From: Candidatus Micrarchaeota archaeon
Lineage (GTDB): Archaea; Micrarchaeota; Micrarchaeia; Anstonellales; J096
Reading direction: 5' to 3'
Length of the DNA stretch: 54,749 bases
Assembly (NCBI GenBank): GCA_964467175.1
Contig: CAYXNY010000049.1
Span: 1-54,749 of the forward strand
Shown here: piece after piece, positions 1-9,180 of the stretch
Layout of the letters: the number at the start of each line of letters is the position of its first letter
How positions within the stretch are numbered: position 1 is the stretch's first letter
Translations under genes and position numbers: made by a program
The notes under the pieces: generated by a model
Databases searched by the model: none
What the model saw: only the letters and a program-made list of their open reading frames with translations
Told to the model about the DNA's origin: nothing

Positions 1-462
1 CTAGATTTTTCTATATTTTGCAATTCCCGCAAGCACAAGCAGAATCAGCATGCCGAGCAAAGAACCGCGGCACGGCTCTTCAACTTTTCCGCATTGGAAC
101 GCCACGTTTTTTATGCAGGCATCCGCGGCCGAAAAGCATGAGCGAACAGAACCCTCCCTGCAGTCGGCTTCATCATTTCCAGTAGAGTAACTCGCCTTGC
201 ACGATTCAAGCTGGGAAAGACAGCCGTTGATCTGCTGGCATTCTCCTCGCGCGTACTTTGCGCTGACTATGGGATAGGTTGTGCTTAAACAGCCTATCCC
301 TGAAGCTTTATAGCCTTCGTAGCATGAAGAGTCCATCTTTCCGTATTCATCAAATGGGCAGGAAGCGCATGCCTTTGCGTATGCATCGGAGATGCAACCC
401 GCTGAAAAAGAGCCGGCAAGAACGAAAATCCCGAAGGTGAAGAATAGATTGATTCCTCTCAT
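1..462 (-). CDS. Cys-rich secreted/membrane-anchored hypothetical protein
   Basis: N-terminal signal peptide, 13 Cys, C-terminal Cys + hydrophobic helix + basic tail (CRGSLLGMLILLVLAGIAKYRKI). Confidence 0.75.
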   Translation of the reverse strand: MRGINLFFTFGIFVLAGSFSAGCISDAYAKACASCPFDEYGKMDSSCYEGYKASGIGCLSTTYPIVSAKYARGECQQINGCLSQLESCKASYSTGNDEADCREGSVRSCFSAADACIKNVAFQCGKVEEPCRGSLLGMLILLVLAGIAKYRKI

Positions 463-512
463 GGCAGGATTATGAAAAGCAACTATTAAAAATGTTGTGC
501 GGAAATATTGGC

Positions 513-998
513 ATGAACTGGAATAAAATAAAGGTTCTTGCGGTATGTATTTTTGCCTCTTATTTGGCAGGAATAATAGGAAGCGTATTTACTGCGGAAG
601 GAATACGAAGCGGATGGTATGAAACAATAAAGCCGGATATAGCACCCCCTAATTATGTTTTTCCGATAGCATGGAATATTCTTTATCTTTTAATAGGAAT
701 TTCGCTTTATTATGCGTGGAGTTTGGCTGCGAAGAAGGAAAAAATAAAGGTCGCGGCCTTATATGGAGCAAACCTTTTCCTCAACGCAGCATGGAGCTAC
801 TTCTTTTTCGGCATAAAAGAACTGTTGGGGGCGCTTATAATTTTGGCATTGATATGGGCTTCTATTATCGCAATAATACTCTTTGCTTGGAGGATAAGCA
901 AAAAAGCATCCTTGCTTATGGTTCCCTATTTCCTTTGGGTAAGTTTTGCAGGCATTCTTAACTATTTTGCTTGGAGGATTGCTGCTGGCTATGCATAG
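513..998 (+). CDS. tspO: TspO/MBR family tryptophan-rich sensory protein
   Basis: WYETIKPDIAPPNYVFPIAW, LNAAWSYFFFG, LMVPYFLWVSFA motifs; start moved to ATG 513. Confidence 0.92.
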   Translation: MNWNKIKVLAVCIFASYLAGIIGSVFTAEGIRSGWYETIKPDIAPPNYVFPIAWNILYLLIGISLYYAWSLAAKKEKIKVAALYGANLFLNAAWSYFFFGIKELLGALIILALIWASIIAIILFAWRISKKASLLMVPYFLWVSFAGILNYFAWRIAAGYA

Positions 999-1065
999 TT
1001 TTTGTTAAGCGGAGAGGATTGTGGAATAGTTTAACTTTATAAACTCTTTTATTTTATTTTTTCAT

Positions 1066-2508
1066 ATGCGAGGTATTATCATTGTTTCTTTGTTGCTCCT
1101 GCTTTTGGCAGGATGCGTAGGGGAAGGGGTAAAGCCGGTTCCTGAGATAGAGTATTTCAACGCAACACCTGAAGTAATATACAAAGGGGACAGCGCAATT
1201 TTGAGCTGGAAAGTTGTGAATGCAACGAATAAAACAATCGTAGCATTGGATATGGTGCAGGTGGAGCCAGAAGGAAGCATAACGGTGACTCCTGAAGAAA
1301 CTACAAATTATACTCTAAGCGTGGAAGGAAAGAGCAGAACTATTACTGTTTTGGTTCTGCCGGCAGAGGAGGCGGACAGGGACAAAGACGGATATAGGGT
1401 GACCGTGGACTGCGACGACAACAATCCGGCAGTCTACCCCGGCGCAGAGGAGAAATGCAACGGAATAGACGATGACTGCGACGGGCTGGTGGATGAGGAA
1501 AATGCGGCAGGGTGCGTGCTGTATTACTTAGATGTAGACCAAGATAGTTATGGAAGTGTAGAGAAATGCCTGTGCGGTCCTTCCGGCGCTTACACTGCCA
1601 GGAGAGGAGGGGACTGCGACGATAGCGATACAACAGTAAGCCCGCTGGCAATCGAGGTGTGCGATGGGAAGGATAACAACTGCGACGGCAAAATTGATGA
1701 CGGGGAAAACCTTTATGGGTGCGTAAAATTCTACATAGATGAAGATAATGATAAGTATGGAATAGGAATGGGAAAATGCTTGTGTATACCTTTTGATGTT
1801 TACAGAGCAAATGAAAGTGGCGACTGCGACGATACGGATGACGATATAAACCCAGGAGCCAACGAAAAATGCGATGGAAAGGATAATGACTGCGATGGAG
1901 AAATAGATGAGGAGAACGCAGTTGGGTGCAAGTATTACTACAAGGACCAGGATGGCGACGGGTATGGGATAAACAAAAAGAAATGTTTGTGCAAACCAAC
2001 CGGGGAGTACAGGGCAGAAAACGATGGTGACTGCGACGACCTTAATAAGACAATAAATCCTAGACAGAACGAGATATGCAACGGAATAGATGATGACTGC
2101 GACGGGCTGGTGGATGAGGGGATGAATGACGGGTACGAACCCAACAACAACCTAGCAAGCGCAAAGCTTCTCAGCGGCCTGAGCGGAGACTTGGAGGGAA
2201 AGATACTGAAAGGCGATGATGACTACTATAAGGTGCGTGTAGCGAACCTAACAGCAAACATGACAGGAAATGCTGAAATGAGCGTTCCGGAAAGCACGGA
2301 TTTTGATCTGTGCGTGTGCTGGAGCTCAAACCTCACCTCATGCGATTTGGCAGGGTGGGAATGCTCTGAGAACGATAAGGGGATGGCTGAAGAGGCAAGT
2401 GCTTCGGTTGGAGTGGGAGGAATAGAAGGCTACTTTGTAGCTCATGTATTTGCCGTTGGGAATGATTGGAGCTGCAGTAAATACGAGCTTTCGTGGAGCG
2501 TGGGATAG
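1066..2508 (+). CDS. Lipoprotein with four putative metal-binding (MopE-like DCDD...CDGxDNDCDG) repeats and a C-terminal beta-rich domain
   Basis: Lipobox LLAGC; four DCDD-x6-P-x3-E-x-C-[DN]-G-x-D-[DN]-[DN]-C-D-G repeats. Confidence 0.85.
   Translation: MRGIIIVSLLLLLLAGCVGEGVKPVPEIEYFNATPEVIYKGDSAILSWKVVNATNKTIVALDMVQVEPEGSITVTPEETTNYTLSVEGKSRTITVLVLPAEEADRDKDGYRVTVDCDDNNPAVYPGAEEKCNGIDDDCDGLVDEENAAGCVLYYLDVDQDSYGSVEKCLCGPSGAYTARRGGDCDDSDTTVSPLAIEVCDGKDNNCDGKIDDGENLYGCVKFYIDEDNDKYGIGMGKCLCIPFDVYRANESGDCDDTDDDINPGANEKCDGKDNDCDGEIDEENAVGCKYYYKDQDGDGYGINKKKCLCKPTGEYRAENDGDCDDLNKTINPRQNEICNGIDDDCDGLVDEGMNDGYEPNNNLASAKLLSGLSGDLEGKILKGDDDYYKVRVANLTANMTGNAEMSVPESTDFDLCVCWSSNLTSCDLAGWECSENDKGMAEEASASVGVGGIEGYFVAHVFAVGNDWSCSKYELSWSVG
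1450..2119 (+). repeat. Intragenic direct repeat, 49 bp, two copies
   Basis: 1450-1498 and 2071-2119 match at 47/49 nt. Confidence 0.85.
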
Positions 2509-2539
2509 GTTTAAATATTTTTCTGAGCAGAAAGACCAA

Positions 2540-2578
2540 ACCACCGTTGGAACCACTCCATAGCAGAGTGGGAGGGGT
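2540..2578 (+). promoter_or_regulatory. Putative uL1-binding autoregulatory leader overlapping the rpl1 RBS
   Basis: CCACTC/GAGTGG stem, GGGAGG on the 3' side and CCGTTGGAAC on the 5' side resemble the 23S L1-stalk site; TATA-like TTTAAATA at 2510-2517. Confidence 0.6.
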
Positions 2579-2581
2579 AGC

Positions 2582-3226
2582 ATGGAAATTACTGAAAAAA
2601 AAATAAAGCACGCGGTTGAAGAGATGCTGAAGGAGAAGGGAAAAAGAAAGTTCAGGCAGAGCGTTGAGCTTATAATAAACTTCAAGGGAGTAGATTTTAC
2701 AAAGGCAGAGAACCGGCTGAATCTAGACATAACAATGCCGAAAGGGATGGGGGGAAAGGAGAACAAGGTTGTTGTGATAGGGGAGGAGACAACAACGCAC
2801 AACGCGAAAAAACTCGGAGCGGACATTACTGTAACGATAAATGAACTTGATGGGTTTGGGAAGGACGTTAAAACCTTGAAAAAAATAGCAAAGAACCATG
2901 TATTCCTAGCAGAGCCGAAAGCCATGGGTGTTGCGGCAAAAAATCTTGCGAAGGTGCTTGGACCAAGAGGGAAGATACCCTCGCCTCTTGTTGGCGACCT
3001 GAAGCAGGCGATAGAGCGGGCGAGGAAAACAGTCAAGCTGCAGACAAAGGGAAAATACCTGCCGACGGTGCAGTGCTTTGTTGGAACTGAGGAGATGGGC
3101 GCAGATGAGCTCAAGGATAACATAGAAGAAGTTTTTGAGAGAATAAAAACAAAGGTTTCCGCCGGGAATATAAAAAGCGCATTCGTCAAGCTTACGATGG
3201 GCAAGCCGGTGAAGATTGCAGGGTGA
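2582..3226 (+). CDS. rpl1: 50S ribosomal protein uL1
   Basis: RKFRQSVELIIN, VLGPRGKIP, VKLTMGKP; first gene of the L1-L10-L12 operon. Confidence 0.97.
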   Translation: MEITEKKIKHAVEEMLKEKGKRKFRQSVELIINFKGVDFTKAENRLNLDITMPKGMGGKENKVVVIGEETTTHNAKKLGADITVTINELDGFGKDVKTLKKIAKNHVFLAEPKAMGVAAKNLAKVLGPRGKIPSPLVGDLKQAIERARKTVKLQTKGKYLPTVQCFVGTEEMGADELKDNIEEVFERIKTKVSAGNIKSAFVKLTMGKPVKIAG

Positions 3227-3230
3227 GGAT

Positions 3231-4109
3231 ATGAGGAAAGACTATAAGCTAAATGAAGAGAAAGCCTCTGTTGTTGGAAAGAAAAAGAAGGTTCAGGAAA
3301 TTGTGGACATGCTAAAAAAACGCAGTGGGATTGTAATAGTGGATTTGAGGAACACGCCGGACAGGCTTTTGCAGAAGATAAAGAAAAGGATTAGGGACGA
3401 GTTTAAGGGGGAAATGAAGGTTGCGAAAAAAACCGTGCTCGCAAGGGCTGTTTTGGAGGCGAAAAGGCCCAAGCAGCTCATTGAAAATGTTGATTTCCCT
3501 GCTGGGATAATAGCGATAGACGAATCGCCCTACAGGGTCGCGGTGTTTTTCAACCAAAATACATTGGAAATGCCAGCGAAGGTGGGGCAGGTTGCGCCTT
3601 ATGAAATAATTGTGCCGGAAGGGGAAACGGACCTGCCGGCAGGACCGGCTCTTTCCGAACTGAAAAGTGCGGGGCTTAATGTCAAGATAGATAAAGGAAA
3701 AATTGTTGTTGCAAAAGACAGCGTAATCGCAAAGGAAGGGGAAACGCTTACAGCAATAAAGGTTAAGGCGCTGCAAACGCTGGGAATAAGGCCGTTCAGG
3801 GCCAAGGTGGTGTACTACATAGGGTACGACGGGAAAACGGTGTTCAAAAAAGAAGATGTAGGCATAATGCCTGAAGAGGTCGCAGAAAAAATAGAAAAGG
3901 AATTAAGGGACGCGTTCAACCTTAGCGTAAATGCAGCCTATCCTACAAAACAGAATATAGAGATGCTCCTGCGGAACGCATTTTCGCAGGCGAGGAATGT
4001 AGGCATAAACGGTTCGTTGTATTCTGATGCTTCTATAGAGCAGCTTCTCCTGTCTGCTTTAAGGCAGGCAGGTGCTCTGGAAGGGATGAAAAAGGAGGGT
4101 GGCAGTTGA
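3231..4109 (+). CDS. rpl10: 50S ribosomal protein uL10 (aP0)
   Basis: PAKVGQVAP...GETDLPAGPALSELKSAGL...IDKGKI; ATG 3231 after GGGTGAGG. Confidence 0.95.
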   Translation: MRKDYKLNEEKASVVGKKKKVQEIVDMLKKRSGIVIVDLRNTPDRLLQKIKKRIRDEFKGEMKVAKKTVLARAVLEAKRPKQLIENVDFPAGIIAIDESPYRVAVFFNQNTLEMPAKVGQVAPYEIIVPEGETDLPAGPALSELKSAGLNVKIDKGKIVVAKDSVIAKEGETLTAIKVKALQTLGIRPFRAKVVYYIGYDGKTVFKKEDVGIMPEEVAEKIEKELRDAFNLSVNAAYPTKQNIEMLLRNAFSQARNVGINGSLYSDASIEQLLLSALRQAGALEGMKKEGGS

Positions 4110-4126
4110 AAAAATGAGGTGAGAAT

Positions 4127-4432
4127 ATGAAAATTGACCCATACTTGCATGCGGTTTTGCTCCTTCATGGAGCCGGAAAAGAGATAAACGCAGACAGCAT
4201 AGTGGCGGTTGTAAAGGCCGCGGGCGTAGAACCCGACGAAGCAAAGGCAAAGGTTCTTGCTGAAGCTGTGAAAGGCGTGAACTTTGAGGACCTGCTCAAG
4301 AATGTTGCGGTCGCCGCGCCTGTTGCAGCAGCGCCTGTCGCTGGAGCACCGGCTGAAAAGAAGGAGGAGAAGAAAGAGGAGAAGAAAAGTGAAGAGGAAG
4401 CCGCGGCTGGATTGGCGAACCTTTTCGGCTAA
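4127..4432 (+). CDS. rpl12: 50S ribosomal stalk protein aP1/L12
   Basis: YLHAVLLLH, Ala-rich hinge, C-terminal [13 protein letters not shown]. Confidence 0.97.
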   Translation: MKIDPYLHAVLLLHGAGKEINADSIVAVVKAAGVEPDEAKAKVLAEAVKGVNFEDLLKNVAVAAPVAAAPVAGAPAEKKEEKKEEKKSEEEAAAGLANLFG

Positions 4433-4460
4433 ATTCTTCCTTTTTTTTTATTTATTTTTC
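4433..4460 (+). terminator. Oligo-U archaeal-type terminator
   Basis: TTCTTCCTTTTTTTTTATTTATTTTT immediately after the rpl12 stop, between convergent genes. Confidence 0.55.
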
Positions 4461-4477
4461 TGACTTGGCGGGCCAAT

Positions 4478-5383
4478 TTAAAATTTCCATTTAAGTTTTT
4501 TTGCCATTTCCATAATCTCAAAAAAAGAAGGGGCGTAGAACCCGTAGTGCATTACCTTAACTGCCGCAGCGAGTTCTGCTAAAAGAAGGGCTTTTTTTAT
4601 TGGATAATTTTTGTCATAGAAAAAGTGGATGAACGCAGCACCTATAACATCCCCAACCGCGGTTGCATCCAACACATCAACCGGCGCTATCCGCTGGGAG
4701 TATATTTTTTTACCATCTGAAAAAATAAGTCCGTTTTCAGCCTTAAATAGAACGTGCTTAACTCCAAAATCTTGGAGAATTTTAACCGCCTTTTCAGGGG
4801 GGGTTTTAGTTCCGGCGATTATTTCCGCCTCTTTTCCTTCAATGAAGATGGTGTGCGCGGAAGAAAGAATGTTTTTGATTTTAGACGCTGGGAGGGAAAG
4901 CCCGTAGCCCGGGTCTATGAAAAGCTTGGTTCCTTTTTTCTTTTTTTCTATTATTTTCTCCGCAATCTCCTTCTCAACATCCGAAATGTGTATGATATCA
5001 AAACGCTCCAAAGGCGAGAAATCCCTGTTTATCAGCGTTTCGTTCGCCCCTCTCCAGAATATCATTCTTTTCTGTCTCCCTTCAGTGACGACTATAACTG
5101 TTCCGTTTTTTTCGTTCAAAGTTGCGATGTGTTCTGTATTTACAGAGTAGGAGGCAAGGTCGCCGAAAACCGCCTGGGAAAAATCCCTTCCGGCGTTTGC
5201 AAAAAGCCATGTTTTGCTTCCGAATTTTGAGAGAGAGCGGGCGTAGTTTGTCGCGCTTCCGCCCACCTTTTCTTCAAAATACTCTGCCTTCGCCCTTTTT
5301 CCTATGTACGCGCCTGCCTTTGCAATAATGTCCCTGTTTATGTTTCCGACAACTGCAATATTGAGTTGAGGCATAAAAATCAT
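4478..5383 (-). CDS. PfkB/ribokinase family kinase
   Basis: VVGNINRD, GGSATNYA, C-terminal DATAVGD; ATGA overlap with the ppsA stop. Confidence 0.85.
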   Translation of the reverse strand: MIFMPQLNIAVVGNINRDIIAKAGAYIGKRAKAEYFEEKVGGSATNYARSLSKFGSKTWLFANAGRDFSQAVFGDLASYSVNTEHIATLNEKNGTVIVVTEGRQKRMIFWRGANETLINRDFSPLERFDIIHISDVEKEIAEKIIEKKKKGTKLFIDPGYGLSLPASKIKNILSSAHTIFIEGKEAEIIAGTKTPPEKAVKILQDFGVKHVLFKAENGLIFSDGKKIYSQRIAPVDVLDATAVGDVIGAAFIHFFYDKNYPIKKALLLAELAAAVKVMHYGFYAPSFFEIMEMAKKLKWKF

Positions 5384-7740
5384 TGAATGCCGTTCTTATC
5401 CTTTATCTTGAGATGCTCGGAGATTTCCGAGAGTTTTTTGAGCATTATCTTCCTTTCTGCTGAAGCGACGATGTTTCTCGTTCTCTCAACCGCATCGGGG
5501 TTTACGCTCATGCTTGTTATTCCAAATTCAACGAGTTTTTCTGCGAATTCCGGGTAGACGCTGGGCGCCTGTCCGCAGAGAGAAACTGTAATGTTGTATT
5601 TCCGGCATGTTTTTATCACATGTTTAAGCGCCCTGAGGACCGCATCGTTCCTTTCATCAAACTCCCTTCCCAGGGTTGCGTTGTCCCGGTCTATTCCAAG
5701 CACAAGCTGAGTGAGGTCGTTTGTACCTATGCTCACACCATCTATCCCTTCCTCGGCAAACTTGTCTATAAGGAAAACTGTGCTCGGAACCTCAACCATT
5801 ATCCAAAGCTTGAAGTCTCTTGTTCTGTAGATTCCAACTTCCTTAAGTATCTCTTTTATCGCCCTTATCTCGCCTATCCTCCTTACAAATGGTATCATGA
5901 GCCAAAGGTTTTTCAGCCCGAACTCATCTCTCACCTTCTTCATTGCCTTAAGCTCCATCTTGAAAAGCTCTGGCTCTTTTATGTAGCGCACCGCCCCCCT
6001 GTAGCCCATCATGGGGTTTGCCTCCTCTGACTCGTACTTTTCTCCTCCTTTTAAATTTCTGTACTCATTTGTTTTGAAGTCTGTTGCGCGGTACACAACA
6101 GGCCTTGGGTAGAACGCCGCGGCAAATTTTCTCATCCCCTCAGCAAGCTTGTCTATAAACTCCTGCTCCCTTCCATCTTCAAGCATCTTTTTAGGATGCT
6201 CTCCTATTCCTGCGATCATGAACTCCGCGCGGAGCAGGCCGACGCCGTCTACTGGAAGTTTGGAAATTTTTTCCGCAAGGTCAGGCTCCGCCAAATTAAC
6301 GTATATTTTTGTAGCGGTGATGACAGGGCCGGCGGCTGAAACTAGCGACGGCTTTTCTTCTGTCGGAACAGCAACCGCAACCTTTCCGGAATAAACTATC
6401 CCCCCGCTTCCATCCACAGTTATTTCCATTCCTTCTTTTAGCACCTCGGTCGCGTTTCCTGTGCCGACTATGCAGGGAATGCCAAGCTCCCTGCTAACTA
6501 TTGCTGCATGAGAGGTCATCCCGCCCTCATCGGTAACTATCGCACTCGCCTTTTTCATGGCAGGAACAAAATCCGGCGTGGTCATTTTTGCAACGAGAAC
6601 ATCGCCGCTCTCTATTTTGCCGATCTCGCTGGAATCTTTAATAATCTTTGCGACTCCCATACCGACCCCGGGCGAAGCTGGAAGCCCCTTTACGATCATT
6701 GTTGCTTCTCCCACCGCTCCTTTCTCACCTTTTTTCTTTTGCATTTTTTCAATCCCCACAATTTCCCTTATTTTTGGTTTTCCTTTCAGCGTTGTGATGG
6801 GCCTTGCCTGTACGATGTATATTTTTCCGTCTTCTATCGCCCATTCAATATCCTGCGGAAAATCGTAATGTTTCTCTATATCTATGCAGTATTTTGCGAG
6901 CATCAGAATCTCATCGTCGCTTATCTTCTGCTTTTTCTGCATGTCCCTTTCAACCGGCACCCGCTCGTTTTTATCACCAACGCGCGCGAGCTTCCAGGTT
7001 TGCGTGCTTATATCCTTGCTCACTATTTCCATGCTATTTTTGTTTATCCGGTAGGTATCGGGCGTTATCTGGCCGGAAACAACCGTCTCCCCAAGCCCGT
7101 ATCCCGCCTCTATGGTTAAAATGTCGTAATCCTCGCTTATCGGGTCGACGGTGAAAGCAACCCCTGCTGTTTTGCTCTCAACCATTTTTTGCACAACCGC
7201 TGCGAGCCCGACTTTCATATGGTCAAACCCCTTCTGCGCCCTGTAAAAAATAACCCTCGGCTCAAAAAGGGATGCCCAGTCCTCTTTAACCGCTTCAACA
7301 ACATCCCCCTCCTCGACTACATTTAGGAGGGTTTTCTGCTGGCCTGCAAAGCTCGCTTCAGGGAGGTCCTCGGCTGTTGCGGAGCTTCTAACCGCAACAT
7401 AAACAGTTTTCCCTTCTCTTTTGCAAAGCTCCCTGTATGCTTCTATTATCTCTTTTTTTACATCGGGCGGAATCTCCCCGCTCATTATGAGCTCTTTGAT
7501 TCTCTGGGAGGCGGATTCGAGCATTTTTGTATTATTAACATCCAGGTCGGTAAGGATGTCTTTTATCAGGTCGCTTAATTCGTTGTGCTCAAGATGTTTG
7601 AAGTATGCGTTCGCCGTAACAACAAAACCGGGAGGCACAGGAAATCCCGAGTTGATCATCTCCCCCAGGTTTGCTCCCTTTCCTCCGGCTATACCTACAT
7701 CTTTTTTTCCCAATTCCTCAAACCATTTTATATATTTCAT
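5380..7740 (-). CDS. ppsA: Phosphoenolpyruvate synthase
   Basis: GGKGANLGEM, AVRSSATAEDLPEASFAGQQ, GGMTSHAAIVSRELG (phospho-His), GVSIGTNDL. Confidence 0.97.
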   Translation of the reverse strand: MKYIKWFEELGKKDVGIAGGKGANLGEMINSGFPVPPGFVVTANAYFKHLEHNELSDLIKDILTDLDVNNTKMLESASQRIKELIMSGEIPPDVKKEIIEAYRELCKREGKTVYVAVRSSATAEDLPEASFAGQQKTLLNVVEEGDVVEAVKEDWASLFEPRVIFYRAQKGFDHMKVGLAAVVQKMVESKTAGVAFTVDPISEDYDILTIEAGYGLGETVVSGQITPDTYRINKNSMEIVSKDISTQTWKLARVGDKNERVPVERDMQKKQKISDDEILMLAKYCIDIEKHYDFPQDIEWAIEDGKIYIVQARPITTLKGKPKIREIVGIEKMQKKKGEKGAVGEATMIVKGLPASPGVGMGVAKIIKDSSEIGKIESGDVLVAKMTTPDFVPAMKKASAIVTDEGGMTSHAAIVSRELGIPCIVGTGNATEVLKEGMEITVDGSGGIVYSGKVAVAVPTEEKPSLVSAAGPVITATKIYVNLAEPDLAEKISKLPVDGVGLLRAEFMIAGIGEHPKKMLEDGREQEFIDKLAEGMRKFAAAFYPRPVVYRATDFKTNEYRNLKGGEKYESEEANPMMGYRGAVRYIKEPELFKMELKAMKKVRDEFGLKNLWLMIPFVRRIGEIRAIKEILKEVGIYRTRDFKLWIMVEVPSTVFLIDKFAEEGIDGVSIGTNDLTQLVLGIDRDNATLGREFDERNDAVLRALKHVIKTCRKYNITVSLCGQAPSVYPEFAEKLVEFGITSMSVNPDAVERTRNIVASAERKIMLKKLSEISEHLKIKDKNGIQ

Positions 7741-7796
7741 AAATTCCACCTTCTATTGCTTAAAAAGTAAAATGGATAGAAAGAAAAAGTTTATAT

Positions 7797-8198
7797 TTAT
7801 TGGGTTTGCATCAAAACCGCAGAAAACTTTCCATTATCAATGCTTGAGTTGTTCGGGAGGGAAAGTTCATCATCACCCGTCAAAAGCTTTGCTGCGTTTC
7901 CACTGAAAACAATCTCGAACTTATCGGCTTTGTCGCCGTTTTTTGCCAAGAAAGAGATTGCAAAACATCCATCTACATGGTAGTAGCAGAACGAACCTTT
8001 ATCTATATCTCCTTTTGCAATCAGCGTCAGGGTTCTCCGGTCTCGAAGGTATATCTCAAGAGTATTTGATTTCACAATAAAAACATCACCCCACATCGAC
8101 CTTGCAGTATCCGCCTTCATTTTTTCTGCCCTTGAGCTTATCTTAGCACTTCCATCTACAACTGCCAGCACTACCAACATTTCAACAAGAGCCATCAT
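7797..8198 (-). CDS. Hypothetical protein with hydrophobic N-terminus
   Basis: 133-aa ORF filling the gap; no recognisable family. Confidence 0.6.
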   Translation of the reverse strand: MMALVEMLVVLAVVDGSAKISSRAEKMKADTARSMWGDVFIVKSNTLEIYLRDRRTLTLIAKGDIDKGSFCYYHVDGCFAISFLAKNGDKADKFEIVFSGNAAKLLTGDDELSLPNNSSIDNGKFSAVLMQTQ

Positions 8199-8248
8199 TT
8201 ATTTTTTTATAGGAAAAGTATTTATATGTTTTTATTCACCTTGGTTTT

Positions 8249-9163
8249 ATGAATTTTGTTTCCATAGGCCCGCCTATGCTGGACATAAGCGCGAGAGACG
8301 GAAAAGCAAGAAAGAGTTTGGGAATGGAGCTTGAGGAATGCATTTTTGTCGGGGAGGAAAGGTTTGAGGAAATTCTTGCAAAAGTGAAAAACAGAATTCT
8401 ATGTAAGTATCCGGGGGGAAATGAGAAAAATTTTTCAGAGGGGTTTGCGAAGCTGGGCGGGCAGGTTAAGTTTTACGGGGCGCTTGGAAAAGATGAGGTG
8501 GGAAGAGTAATAGAGGGGCATTTGAGAAAATGCGGGGTTAAGGTAAGGTTAAGAAAAGTGGTTGGAAGAACCGGAAAGGTTTTGAGTCTTCTGGAGGGAG
8601 GGAAGCAGAGCTATGTTTCTTTCAGAGGGGTTTCCGGAGAAAAATCCGGTGCAAAATTCAAAAACAAAATAATGTATTTCTCAACATATGCAATTGCAGA
8701 ATATGGGAGGATAAGCAATGAGGTGCTGGGGCTGGCGAAAAAAAACAGATATTTTTTTGCCCTCGAGAACGCGGGGATAGTAAAAAAATACAAAGGATTG
8801 CACCTAAAACTTGCGAACAGCAAAAACTGCATCGCGGTTTCTGGAAATGAGAGCGAGATTCCTGCACTCTTTGGAAATTTTGAGAAGGCAAAGGAATGGG
8901 CGAAGAAGAGTAAAAAACAGCTGTTCATAAAGCTTGGAAAAATGGGGAGCATGGGGATTTTTAATGGAAAATTCTACAAGGAAAAGGCTTTTCGGGTAAT
9001 GGTGTTGGACTCAACCGGCGCAGGGGATTATTTCAACGCAGGGGTTGCATATGCCATGGTTAAAGGGATGAAGGAGAGCGAATGGCTGAAGCTTGGGAAT
9101 AGGCTTGGGGCTGAGAGCTGCAAACACTACTGCGCTAAAATTGGCAAAGGTTTTAAAATGTAG
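8249..9163 (+). CDS. PfkB family kinase (candidate adenosine/nucleoside kinase)
   Basis: PGGNEKN, DSTGAGDYFNAG; directly upstream of ahcY. Confidence 0.85.
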   Translation: MNFVSIGPPMLDISARDGKARKSLGMELEECIFVGEERFEEILAKVKNRILCKYPGGNEKNFSEGFAKLGGQVKFYGALGKDEVGRVIEGHLRKCGVKVRLRKVVGRTGKVLSLLEGGKQSYVSFRGVSGEKSGAKFKNKIMYFSTYAIAEYGRISNEVLGLAKKNRYFFALENAGIVKKYKGLHLKLANSKNCIAVSGNESEIPALFGNFEKAKEWAKKSKKQLFIKLGKMGSMGIFNGKFYKEKAFRVMVLDSTGAGDYFNAGVAYAMVKGMKESEWLKLGNRLGAESCKHYCAKIGKGFKM

Positions 9164-9180
9164 AGAGGAGAGAGGGTAGT

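Noticed and set aside
2338-3204. Long antisense ORFs (also 10359-11315, 25977-26672, 50407-51378)
   Set aside because: These are shadows of well-supported genes with biased codon usage and have no motifs of their own.
4350-4400. GAGGAGAAGAAA-type short tandem repeat
   Set aside because: It encodes the ordinary KKEE hinge of aP1.
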